NCBI GenBank assembly: GCA_003555385.1
Contig: PWHO01000094.1
Location: forward strand, 1-35,405
DNA length: 35,405 nucleotides
DNA from: Bacteroidales bacterium
GTDB lineage: Bacteria > Bacteroidota > Bacteroidia > Bacteroidales > UBA7960
Direction of reading: 5' to 3'
The notes beneath the pieces were generated by a model. That model saw only the letters and a program-made list of their open reading frames with translations. It was not told the DNA's origin and made no database searches. Shown in pieces: positions 1 through 8,384 of the stretch. The first letter of the stretch is position 1; every line of letters begins with the position of its first letter. The position numbers and the translations under genes are program-made.

Positions 1-68
1 GCCTGAACGTCCTTCTTTTCGATGCCGGTTTTGGCGGCAATTTCCGTTACGATTTCAGCTTTAGTCAT
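1..68 (-). CDS. HU/IHF family DNA-binding protein, 5' portion (runs off window start)
   Basis: Not in ORF track. Reverse strand from ATG at 68 reads MTKAEIVTEIAAKTGIEKKDVQ, the typical HU N-terminal helix. A TAnnTTTG box lies upstream on the - strand (125-132). Confidence 0.85.
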   Translation of the reverse strand, partial: MTKAEIVTEIAAKTGIEKKDVQ

Positions 69-124
69 AATGTTTACTTTTTGGTTATAAGCGAATTATA
101 CTGTTTTTCTCTGTTTCAGGGATG

Positions 125-132
125 CAAAGATA
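125..132 (-). promoter_or_regulatory. Bacteroidota sigma-A -7 element (TATCTTTG) for the HU gene
   Basis: CAAAGATA on + is TATCTTTG on -, matching TAnnTTTG, ~57 nt upstream of the start codon. Confidence 0.6.
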
Positions 133-229
133 ACTTTTTTCTGAATCACAAGAAAACAAATTAATTATTTTTACGTCAATCGGTTAGCGTTCCGATGCAA
201 TCATTTACAGACCAATTTTTCATCCGGAT

Positions 230-1306
230 ATGGACTTTTCCTCTCGCCTTATTCAATGGTATGACCTGAACGGCCGGTCGCTTCCCTGGAGGGATACCCG
301 TGATCCTTACCATATATGGATATCTGAAATCATTCTTCAGCAAACCCGTATGGATCAGGGAATTTCCTATTATTTAAGCTTTCTGAAAACTTTTCCGGAT
401 GTTTTTCACCTGGCTTCCGCAACCGAAGAGCAGGTTTTGCGACTGTGGCAAGGCCTCGGGTATTATTCAAGGGCAAGAAACCTGCACCAGGCTGCCAGAG
501 AAGTGGTGGAGCTCCATGGCGGGGTCCTTCCGGCTCACAGCACAGACCTTGCCCGCCTGAAAGGTATTGGCCCCTACACTGCCGCCGCCATTGCCTCCAT
601 GGCTTTTGGTGAAGCAATTCCTGCCGTTGACGGGAATGTGTACAGGGTGTTGTCCCGGATTTTTGCGGTGGATCAAAGCATTGACACGAGCCGGGGAAAA
701 AAGGTATTTCTTGACCTTGCAACAAATCTTTTGCCCGAAGACCAGCCCGGGGCTTTCAACCAGGCATTGATGGATTTTGGTTCGATGGTCTGCAAACCGG
801 CAACCCCTTTGTGTTATTCGTGTATTTTTCAGCATGAATGCCTGGCACGGCAGCGTGGCAACGTGAAGATGTACCCCTTTCGTAGCCGGAAAGCCCGGGG
901 CCGGGAGCGTTACTTTTATTATTTCTTGTTCCGGACAAAAGACCATGATGGCTTACCGGTGTTTTTCGTGCAACAGCGAACCGGAAACGACATCTGGAGA
1001 AACATGTATGAGTTTCCGCTCCTGGAGTCGGATCATGCACTGCCTGAAAGTGAATTACTGAATCATTCCTGGTGGGAGGCACTTGGGGTGGAGGCCGGTG
1101 GGCTCGTTTTTTCCGGATCAGCCATTCATCAGAAACACCAGCTTACTCATCAGACAATACAGGCCTGGTTTTATCAGGTGGAAATTACCGACAGTTCCCT
1201 GAATATTTTACAGAAGCATTTCCAGCTAACACGACCTGATTTGTTCGAGGATCTGCCTAAACCCAGGCTGGTGGAGCGCTTCTATCGTGTGGTTAATTTT
1301 TGCTAA
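230..1306 (+). CDS. mutY: A/G-specific adenine glycosylase MutY
   Basis: LPWR, SEIILQQT, WQGLGYYSRARNL, HhH-GPD motif LKGIGPYTA..VDGNV, [4Fe-4S] motif C-x6-C-x2-C-x5-C, NUDIX-like C-terminus. Confidence 0.96.
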   Translation: MDFSSRLIQWYDLNGRSLPWRDTRDPYHIWISEIILQQTRMDQGISYYLSFLKTFPDVFHLASATEEQVLRLWQGLGYYSRARNLHQAAREVVELHGGVLPAHSTDLARLKGIGPYTAAAIASMAFGEAIPAVDGNVYRVLSRIFAVDQSIDTSRGKKVFLDLATNLLPEDQPGAFNQALMDFGSMVCKPATPLCYSCIFQHECLARQRGNVKMYPFRSRKARGRERYFYYFLFRTKDHDGLPVFFVQQRTGNDIWRNMYEFPLLESDHALPESELLNHSWWEALGVEAGGLVFSGSAIHQKHQLTHQTIQAWFYQVEITDSSLNILQKHFQLTRPDLFEDLPKPRLVERFYRVVNFC

Positions 1307-1327
1307 TTTCGGGCAAATTTTTCTGAT

Positions 1328-2557
1328 ATGATGTTTATGAAAGGAAGAACATTGCTTTTACTGACGGTATTATTGTTCACTGGTTCTGTTACGGGGTACC
1401 CGGCCGGCTGGGAAAAATCTGTCTACGGGTTTTTGAATTATGAGACCATCTTTGACAGCCGCGCAGTGGTGGCTGCGCGGGAAGGGACGGTGTTGTTGTT
1501 TCCGGACGGCCGGAACCCGGATCCTGATGGCAATGATCTCAACGGAGACGCTTCTTTTAATATGATGGTGCTTTCTTCCCGCCTGGGGGGTCTGCTAACC
1601 GGGCCGGAAGTGTTTGGTGCAGCCATGAGTGTCCACCTGGAAGGTGACTTTCTCGGTACTTCGCGTGGGTTGCATCACATGGCCCGTTTGCGGCATGCAT
1701 ATTTGTCTTTGCAATGGTCAGAGACAACACTGCTGGCGGGCCAATACTGGCATCCCATGTTTGTTGTCAGTTGTTTTCCAAATACGGTTTCTTATGCCGG
1801 CGGCGTTCCGTATCATGGCCTGAACAGGGCCCCGCAGTTACGCGTTTCCCGGAGCCGGGGCGGATTTGAGTTTTTTGCAGCGGTTTTGACCCACAGCGAC
1901 TTTCCTTCCCTTGGCCCCGACGGAAGCAGTTCCTTGTATATTCGCAACAGCAGCATCCCGGAAACACTTGCGCGGTTGAGTTACCGAAAGGAAAGCTTAT
2001 TGGTGGGTGCTACCGTTGGTTACCAGTTTCTCCGACCGAGAAAGGTTTCCTCCGAAGGTTTCAGGACCACCGAAATGATGCAGGGAATGCAGGGAAACAT
2101 CTATGCAGTTTACACCGGAACTTCGGCCACATTGAAAACACAGGTAAATTACGGAGATAATAACAGCCACCTGGTTATGCTTGGCGGCTACGGGGAAAGC
2201 GAGTTGCTGGATCCGGAACGAGGGATTTATTCATATGCCGGGATTCGCTCCATCTCGGCCTGGGCAGACCTGGAAGGGGGAGGGGAGACCTGGAAGTACG
2301 GGGTTTTTGCCGGATACGCTGATAACCTGGGTGCTTCTGAGGAGATCACCGGGGAGGTATGGGCCCGTGGAACCAATATTGCCCATATGTACAGGGTGGC
2401 TCCACGGCTGGTATATGTTTCCGGCGGTACCTCCCTGGGGTTTGAGCTGGTGTACGACTTGGCGGCATACGGAGATCCGGATGGAAAATTTCATATTGCT
2501 GAAACGGAGAATGTGGAAAATCTGCGTGGCGTTGTATCGCTTAAACACGTTTTTTGA
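1328..2557 (+). CDS. Putative outer-membrane beta-barrel protein, DcaP-like
   Basis: Signal peptide; SRLG..EGDF..RLRHAY..LLAGQYWHP..RAPQLR pattern recalls DcaP-family channels; amphipathic strands; C-terminal Phe. Confidence 0.6.
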   Translation: MMFMKGRTLLLLTVLLFTGSVTGYPAGWEKSVYGFLNYETIFDSRAVVAAREGTVLLFPDGRNPDPDGNDLNGDASFNMMVLSSRLGGLLTGPEVFGAAMSVHLEGDFLGTSRGLHHMARLRHAYLSLQWSETTLLAGQYWHPMFVVSCFPNTVSYAGGVPYHGLNRAPQLRVSRSRGGFEFFAAVLTHSDFPSLGPDGSSSLYIRNSSIPETLARLSYRKESLLVGATVGYQFLRPRKVSSEGFRTTEMMQGMQGNIYAVYTGTSATLKTQVNYGDNNSHLVMLGGYGESELLDPERGIYSYAGIRSISAWADLEGGGETWKYGVFAGYADNLGASEEITGEVWARGTNIAHMYRVAPRLVYVSGGTSLGFELVYDLAAYGDPDGKFHIAETENVENLRGVVSLKHVF

Positions 2558-2645
2558 CATTTCGGCTAAACAGTTGTAGGTTTAGTTTAAAAAACAATTA
2601 AATTAGCAGACACAAATAAATTTTTTAACCTAAAATATCAGTATT

Positions 2646-3092
2646 ATGGCAGGAGTGAACAAAGTGATCTTACTGGGAAACCTGGGTAAGGATCCTGAGA
2701 TCAACACCCTCGAAAGCGGGGTGAAGGTAGCCCGGTTTCCGCTGGCTACCAATGAGTATTTTAAGGGTCGCGATGGTGAAATGGTGGAAAAAACCGAATG
2801 GCACCAGGTGGTTTTATGGCGAAACCGGGCCGAACTGGCTGAGAAATACCTTACAAAGGGAAGCCAGGTTTATATTGAAGGACGCATTCAAACCCGGGAA
2901 TGGGAAGACAAGGAAGGCAATAAAAGATATTCAACTGAAATTGTCGGCCTGGTGATGAATTTTGTAGGGAGCCGGCCTGGACAGGGTAGCGGAAATGAAC
3001 CTTCGGGTGGAGGCAATGAACCTTCGGGTGGAGGCAATTCAGAGGCTCCGGCCGATAACACGCCGCCGGAAGAGGATGATCTCCCATTTTAG
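2646..3092 (+). CDS. ssb: Single-stranded DNA-binding protein
   Basis: VNKVILLGNLGKDPE, TEWH, KGSQVYIEGRIQTR, acidic C-terminal DDLPF. Confidence 0.97.
   Translation: MAGVNKVILLGNLGKDPEINTLESGVKVARFPLATNEYFKGRDGEMVEKTEWHQVVLWRNRAELAEKYLTKGSQVYIEGRIQTREWEDKEGNKRYSTEIVGLVMNFVGSRPGQGSGNEPSGGGNEPSGGGNSEAPADNTPPEEDDLPF
2994..3035 (+). repeat. 2 x 21-bp perfect tandem repeat in the ssb linker (NEPSGGG x2)
   Basis: AATGAACCTTCGGGTGGAGGC at 2994-3014 and 3015-3035. Confidence 0.95.
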
Positions 3093-3206
3093 GAAACAGG
3101 GTTATTTCACCGGTGCAGTATTCAGGTGAGAGCAGCCTTTGTTTCAGAAAAGAGTTTGAGGATGGCGATCGGATCGTTAAACTGAGTCGTGAGAATTGAA
3201 AGCAAC

Positions 3207-3242
3207 AACAGAACTTTCCTTAATCGGAGGGTTCTGTTTTTT
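3207..3242 (+). terminator. Intrinsic terminator-like hairpin downstream of ssb
   Basis: AACAGAACTTTCC-ttaatc-GGAGGGTTCTGTT stem (two G-U pairs) followed by a T run. Confidence 0.6.
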
Positions 3243-3427
3243 ATAGCTATGGCCTTGGGCTTTACGGGAAGGTGGATTTTATTTACGGGATACTGCTGAC
3301 AATGGTCATTTTTGTGGTACAACTGGCCTGGAGTGATTATTGGCTCAGGCATTTCCGGTTCGGACCTTTTGAGTGGGTATGGCGTTCATTGACCTATGGC
3401 AAGCTGCAGTCTATGAAAAAGGAGTAA
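3239..3427 (+). pseudogene. C-terminal remnant of a DUF418 (YeiB-like) membrane protein
   Basis: Frame not in ORF track reads FYSYGLGLYGKVDFIYGILLTMVIFVVQLAWSDYWLRHFRFGPFEWVWRSLTYGKLQSMKKE*. FYxYGLGL and WLxxFRFGPxEWxWRSLTY are the DUF418 signature. In-frame TAA at 3221-3223; no N-terminal part present. Confidence 0.8.
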
Positions 3428-3441
3428 CGCTGCCTTTTCTG

Positions 3442-4524
3442 TCAGGTTTTTTCTTTCTCTTTCTGCGCCCCGGTAAAGTTTTCCAGGAAACGAAACACCA
3501 TCCGGTCAAACTTTTGCTTGTCTTCATTGTGAAACACCACCCGGACCGGGAGGCAGTATATGGGTATCCCTTCCAGTTGTTTTCGAAGCTGATCGCTCTC
3601 CATCCGCATGGCATCCTTTTCTGTGGTTACCACAATTTTTGACTGTCCGATGGTTTCGCTAAACGCTTTTCTGAGTTTTTTCAGGTCTTTTTCACTGAAC
3701 TGGTGATGGTCCGGATAACGGTGTATAACCAAGTCTTTACATCTTGTTTTGAGTCTTTCCTGCAGAGATTCCGGATTGGCAATGCCTGTAAGCAGGAAAA
3801 TTGTTTTGATATTCCTGGGAGGGCACTCGGGGGTGTCGGAGGTCACTGGGATGAATTGCTGATATCCCAGCTTGGAAAAATAGATGTTTTTGAGTTTGTA
3901 CCGAACCAGTTTCTGTACAAAAAATCGCCGGTCGAGAGGGGAGAAGACTTGTGGTGTCTTGGTAACAATCAGGGCATCAGCCCTTTTTGCCCTATGTTTT
4001 GCCTCCCTGAGGTTTCCTACAGGCAGAAGGAAGTTCCTGAAAAATGGATTGTAATAGCCTGTGAGCAAGAGATTGAGCCCGGGGTTGACGTAACGGTGCT
4101 GGAATGCGTCATCCAGGATGATGAGGTTCACATCCGGATGTTCCCTCATGATGCGCTCGATGCCTTTTCTCCGTTTTTCCTGCACAGCGACCAGGATATC
4201 GGGAAATTTCTTGTGGATCTGCAGGGGTTCATCCCCGATGTCGTTAACAGTTGAATCGGGGCCGGCCAGCACAAAGCCCTTGGTTTTCCGTTTGTATCCC
4301 CGGCTCAGGACTGCAATCCGGTACCTGTCTTTAAGCAGGCAAACCAGGTATTCAACATGGGGCGTTTTCCCGGCACCTCCGGCGCTCAGGTTACCCACGC
4401 TGATCACTGGTATCGGAAAAGATTTGGAAGGGAGTATCCCCATATCAAAAAGAAGGTTGCGCAGCCAGATAACCGCACCATAGAGTAATGCAAGCGGAAG
4501 AAGCAGGATACGAAGCCATTCCAT
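3442..4524 (-). CDS. lpxK: Tetraacyldisaccharide 4'-kinase
   Basis: SVGNLSAGGAGKTP P-loop, LSRGY, GDEP, ILDDAFQH, LLPVGNLRE, PDHH, TTEKDA. Confidence 0.96.
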   Translation of the reverse strand: MEWLRILLLPLALLYGAVIWLRNLLFDMGILPSKSFPIPVISVGNLSAGGAGKTPHVEYLVCLLKDRYRIAVLSRGYKRKTKGFVLAGPDSTVNDIGDEPLQIHKKFPDILVAVQEKRRKGIERIMREHPDVNLIILDDAFQHRYVNPGLNLLLTGYYNPFFRNFLLPVGNLREAKHRAKRADALIVTKTPQVFSPLDRRFFVQKLVRYKLKNIYFSKLGYQQFIPVTSDTPECPPRNIKTIFLLTGIANPESLQERLKTRCKDLVIHRYPDHHQFSEKDLKKLRKAFSETIGQSKIVVTTEKDAMRMESDQLRKQLEGIPIYCLPVRVVFHNEDKQKFDRMVFRFLENFTGAQKEKEKT

Positions 4525-4528
4525 GCTT

Positions 4529-4536
4529 CAAAGTTA
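4529..4536 (-). promoter_or_regulatory. -7 element (TAACTTTG) immediately upstream of lpxK
   Basis: - strand reads TAACTTTG-AAGC-ATG. Confidence 0.6.
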
Positions 4537-4646
4537 TTAAATAATGGGGTCCTGCATAGGGCGGCGGAGGATTTTATTCCTTTTTCACTTTCATAAGACC
4601 ATGCGGTTGGTTGCAGTAGTGTATTTTTTCAATTCGATAAAAAGGG

Positions 4647-4654
4647 TATATTTG
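4647..4654 (+). promoter_or_regulatory. -7 element (TATATTTG) for the Nif3-like gene
   Basis: Matches TAnnTTTG ~43 nt upstream of ATG 4697. Confidence 0.55.
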
Positions 4655-4696
4655 AAGTTGACTTGATCACTGGTATTTATGATAAGCCGATAAACT

Positions 4697-5791
4697 ATGC
4701 TGCTCAGAGAATTGATGGATGTGTTTGAAGAGGTGGCGCCTTTGTCATTGCAGGAGTCATACGATAATTCAGGAATACAACTGGGAAATCCCGACCAGGA
4801 AGTGACCCGGGGCCTGGTCTGTCTTGAGGTGACACCCGGGGTGCTCCGTGAGGCCATTGATAAAAAATGTGACCTGATAATCAGTCATCACCCCCTGATT
4901 TTTGAGGGGATGAAGCGAATTACCGGTAAAACCGCCCGGGAGCAAATTGTTATGGAAGCCATCCGGCACAATGTGGCCATAATGTCTTTGCATACGAACC
5001 TGGACAATGTGAAAGGCGGAGTGAATTCCCGGCTTGCGACCCGGCTCGGGCTGGAGCGATTGAAAATCCTCAGGCCGGCAAAAGGATTGTTGAAAAAACT
5101 GGTCACTTTTTGCCCCGGCAATTATGCCGAAATAGTCCGTGCTGCCCTTTTTAAGGCGGGGGCCGGCCAAATCGGGGATTACGACTGCTGCAGTTATAAC
5201 CTGGAAGGGAAAGGATCATTCAGGGCCGGGGAGAGCAGCAATCCTTTCGTGGGGAACCCTAAAGAATTGCATTATGAGGAAGAGACCCGCATTGAGACCA
5301 TCTTTCCGGTTTATTTGCAGCCTGACGTTCTCTCTGCCATGAAGGCTGCCCATCCTTACGAAGAGGTGGCCTACGACGTGTATCCCCTCGACAATGAATT
5401 TGAAATGGCGGGATCCGGAATGATCGGTGCGCTGAAAACCCCCATGGGCACAGACGATTTTCTGGCCATGGTCAAAAAGGAGCTTGGTGCAGCATTTGTC
5501 CGGCATTCACCTCCCGATGATGAGCCAATTCAGGTGGTTGCGCTGTGCGGAGGCAGCGGGGCGTTTCTTTTGCCGGATGCAATACAGGCAGGAGCCCAGG
5601 CATTTGTAACCGGTGATGTAAAATATCATCAGTTTCTGGATGTGGCGGGCAAATTGCTGTTGGTTGATGCCGGACATTATGAAACTGAGCAACATACCAA
5701 AGAATTATTGGTTGATATTATTAAGGAAAAAATGATTAACTTTGCACTCCTTATTTCGGATACCAACACCAACCCGGTAAGGTTTTTTTAG
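4697..5791 (+). CDS. Nif3-like dinuclear metal centre hexameric protein (long YqfO-type with PII-like insert)
   Basis: QESYDNSG, SHHPLIF, HTNLD, central KLVTF..GAGQIGDY..AHPYEEVAYD insert, TGDVKYH, DAGHYETE. Confidence 0.93.
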   Translation: MLLRELMDVFEEVAPLSLQESYDNSGIQLGNPDQEVTRGLVCLEVTPGVLREAIDKKCDLIISHHPLIFEGMKRITGKTAREQIVMEAIRHNVAIMSLHTNLDNVKGGVNSRLATRLGLERLKILRPAKGLLKKLVTFCPGNYAEIVRAALFKAGAGQIGDYDCCSYNLEGKGSFRAGESSNPFVGNPKELHYEEETRIETIFPVYLQPDVLSAMKAAHPYEEVAYDVYPLDNEFEMAGSGMIGALKTPMGTDDFLAMVKKELGAAFVRHSPPDDEPIQVVALCGGSGAFLLPDAIQAGAQAFVTGDVKYHQFLDVAGKLLLVDAGHYETEQHTKELLVDIIKEKMINFALLISDTNTNPVRFF

Positions 5792-5827
5792 TTCATTGCA
5801 TATCAATCATAAAAGATACTGACGCAT

Positions 5828-6691
5828 ATGGCAAAAAGTCCCAAATCTACCAAAAAGAATAAAGAAAAAGAAGCGGATACGAAGATCATCCACAGTACCG
5901 GGAAAGAGGTATCTCCCGTAGAAAATCCTGAAACCATTACCGAGGAAAGCATTGAAAAAACTGTTAAAAGCAAGCTGATTGCCCTTTATAGCGTGCAAGA
6001 CATTGATACCAAAGTTGATAAGCTTCGTATTGTCAGGGGTGAGCTGCCTTTGGAAGTACAAGACCTGGAGGATGAAATTGCCGGCCTGGAAACCAGGGTG
6101 AATAAGTTCAACAATGAGATTCAGGAACTGGAAACGGAAATATCCAACAAGAAGATTTCCGCCCAGGAGAGCCTTGAACTGATTAAGAAGTATGAAACTC
6201 AGCAACAGAATGTTCGCAACAACAGGGAGTTTGACTCACTTTCAAAGGAAATAGAGTACCAGAGCCTGGAGATGCAGCTTGCGGAGAAGAAGATGAAGGA
6301 GTTTGCCGCTGAAGTGGAAACCAAGAAAGAGATGGTTGACCTGGTTCAACAAGAGTTGGAGGAGCGAAAAAAAGACCTGGTGGATAAGAAGGCGGAGCTC
6401 AATGATATTGTTGCCGAAACGGAAAAGGATGAAGCTGAGATGCTGGAAAAGTCAGCGCAGCTCAAGGCTAAAATTGATGAAAGATTGCTTACGGCATATC
6501 AGCGTATTCGTGACAACGCCCGAAACGGACTTGCTGTTGTTCCCGTGGAACGCGATGCCTGCGGCGGATGCTTTAATAAAATCCCCCCTCAGCGGCACCT
6601 GGATATCCGACTGCATAAAAAGATCATTGTATGTGAGTATTGCGGACGGGTACTGGTTGACGATGAGGTGAAGAACAGTGTACAACAATAA
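5828..6691 (+). CDS. C4-type zinc ribbon / coiled-coil protein (DUF164, CT398-like)
   Basis: Long acidic coiled coil followed by ACGGC..IIVCEYCGRVL; commonly found next to Nif3. Confidence 0.88.
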   Translation: MAKSPKSTKKNKEKEADTKIIHSTGKEVSPVENPETITEESIEKTVKSKLIALYSVQDIDTKVDKLRIVRGELPLEVQDLEDEIAGLETRVNKFNNEIQELETEISNKKISAQESLELIKKYETQQQNVRNNREFDSLSKEIEYQSLEMQLAEKKMKEFAAEVETKKEMVDLVQQELEERKKDLVDKKAELNDIVAETEKDEAEMLEKSAQLKAKIDERLLTAYQRIRDNARNGLAVVPVERDACGGCFNKIPPQRHLDIRLHKKIIVCEYCGRVLVDDEVKNSVQQ

Positions 6692-6736
6692 GTGATTGTT
6701 TTTACGCCACTACTGCATCAAAAATATATTTGACAC

Positions 6737-6770
6737 AAAAAAACCGGACCTTATAAGGCCCGGTTTTTTT
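6737..6770. terminator. Bidirectional intrinsic terminator
   Basis: A7-CCGG ACCTT ATAAGG C CCGG-T7 between convergent genes. Confidence 0.8.
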
Positions 6771-6810
6771 ATACAGGTTATGGCTGCTGTATACAGGTTG
6801 CGGCTACTGG

Positions 6811-8250
6811 CTAAAATCTCCAGCCAAAGGTAACGCGGAAATTGTTGGCAGAAAACTCCCTCTCAACAGGGGCCAGTCCATCCAGCTGGTATAAATAGTA
6901 ATCCTCTTCGTAAAAGCTGTGGGTATAGGAAAAATCGATGAAATAACTTTGTTCGCGAAGGCCTATGCCCCCTGATATCAGTGACCTTTGCCCGTCGTTT
7001 ACCCCGGAAACATAAGGGCTGGTATAATGTCCGTAACCGGCCCGCAGAATCACCGGGTGGAAGCGTAACTCTCCTCCGAGCCGTATCCCGTGCTGGGCAG
7101 TGAATGAATCACGGATCGTGTTGTTTTCTTCCATGAACGAATAGTCCGGACTGCGCAATCGTGCGTCGGAATAATCGGTGAATTCATAATCAATGCTGAC
7201 CAGGCCTCTGGTGCCGAAAACCAGCCCCAGGCTACCCATTGCTTTCAGCGGGGTATTCAGCTCATAGTCAAATCGCCCCTCGGGAGAGGATGAACTCTGG
7301 GCGTCATAATCCAGATTAAGGTCTGACCGCATGGTGGCACTGTAACGATCACTGAGGTCCAGGAAGGTGGGTGAGTGAAAGGCCCCGCCCAGGCGGATCA
7401 TGTCGGTTACCCGGACAATGGCGCCCACTTTGAAGTTGTACCCGTTGCCCTCGGTTTTGAGATTGGTGGTATAAGCCAGCGAATTGAAAATGGCACTCCT
7501 GTTCTCGGAGTCTTCCTCGGTATAGCGACTTTCTTCTTTATATCTGACTGAGGGAAAGCCAAATGTGGCCCCGATGTATACCCTGTCGTTGTAGTTGGCT
7601 CCCATGGAAAGCACAAACTCCCGCATGGAACCGGAAACATCTGTTTCCTGCCGCTGCTTCACCATGCCGTCGGGCATATCCACGAAGAACCCATCATCGT
7701 CTTCACCAAGCAACCAGGTGTCCCACGCGAGGCCGGTGGAAAAGTCGCTCAGGTTTTCCACGCTTCCTTCCCTGTTGGCCTGTTCCATCATGCTTGTCAT
7801 GAGGGAGCTGTTGTTGTTGAATCCCTGGGCGATCCAGCGATCATTGAAATTATTGTGCCTGTTGATCCCGAATCCCATATTGATGAACTGCCATCCGCCT
7901 TCTTCTCTGTTGCTGACGGGAAAGGCAAAGACCACACCCACATTGCCAAGGGTCAGGTCATATTTCATGTCATCCATGAGGGTGTTAAAATAGCGGGTGT
8001 CAACCTGGCTGTAATTCAAAGAGGGTGAGATGGTGAATTCTGACCCCCTGTAAATGGCAATACCGGCAGGATTGAGGCTAAGGGAGGAAAAGTCACCTCC
8101 CAGGGCGCCGAAAGCAGATCCCGTACTGGCAAACCTGGCTGTGCCGCCAGGTATAAGCCGGGAATACCTTAGTGCATCCGTTTCATTCTGTGCTGATACA
8201 AAAGGAATGGCAAGCAACCCGATGATCAGCGTGATAACCAGTCTTTTCAT
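6811..8250 (-). CDS. FadL/OmpP1-like outer-membrane beta-barrel protein
   Basis: Signal peptide; N-terminal hatch GTARFASTGSAFGALGGDFSSLSLNPAG with the FadL-type NPA motif; C-terminal beta-signal VTFGWRF. Confidence 0.8.
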   Translation of the reverse strand: MKRLVITLIIGLLAIPFVSAQNETDALRYSRLIPGGTARFASTGSAFGALGGDFSSLSLNPAGIAIYRGSEFTISPSLNYSQVDTRYFNTLMDDMKYDLTLGNVGVVFAFPVSNREEGGWQFINMGFGINRHNNFNDRWIAQGFNNNSSLMTSMMEQANREGSVENLSDFSTGLAWDTWLLGEDDDGFFVDMPDGMVKQRQETDVSGSMREFVLSMGANYNDRVYIGATFGFPSVRYKEESRYTEEDSENRSAIFNSLAYTTNLKTEGNGYNFKVGAIVRVTDMIRLGGAFHSPTFLDLSDRYSATMRSDLNLDYDAQSSSSPEGRFDYELNTPLKAMGSLGLVFGTRGLVSIDYEFTDYSDARLRSPDYSFMEENNTIRDSFTAQHGIRLGGELRFHPVILRAGYGHYTSPYVSGVNDGQRSLISGGIGLREQSYFIDFSYTHSFYEEDYYLYQLDGLAPVEREFSANNFRVTFGWRF

Positions 8251-8286
8251 AATTTGTATGGGGTATATTTTTTGACTCTTTTTTAT

Positions 8287-8328
8287 AAAAAACCCCCGGC
8301 AAAACCGGATTGGTGGGGTGCCGGGGGT
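8287..8328 (-). terminator. Terminator-like hairpin between the lipoprotein and FadL-like genes
   Basis: 10-bp perfect stem ACCCCCGGCA (8292-8301) / TGCCGGGGGT (8319-8328), followed on the - strand by a T run. Confidence 0.55.
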
Positions 8329-8358
8329 GATATGTATAACCGGGGGTGATATGTATAA
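8321..8358. repeat. 2 x 19-bp perfect tandem repeat
   Basis: CCGGGGGTGATATGTATAA at 8321-8339 and 8340-8358. Confidence 0.95.
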
Positions 8359-8384
8359 TAGGAGGAGTTAGTCAGCTGCCAGTG

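Noticed and set aside
3122-3642. ORF-track calls 3122-3352 (-), 3373-3642 (+), 3411-3614 (-)
   Set aside because: Better explained by the DUF418 remnant in another frame and by lpxK.
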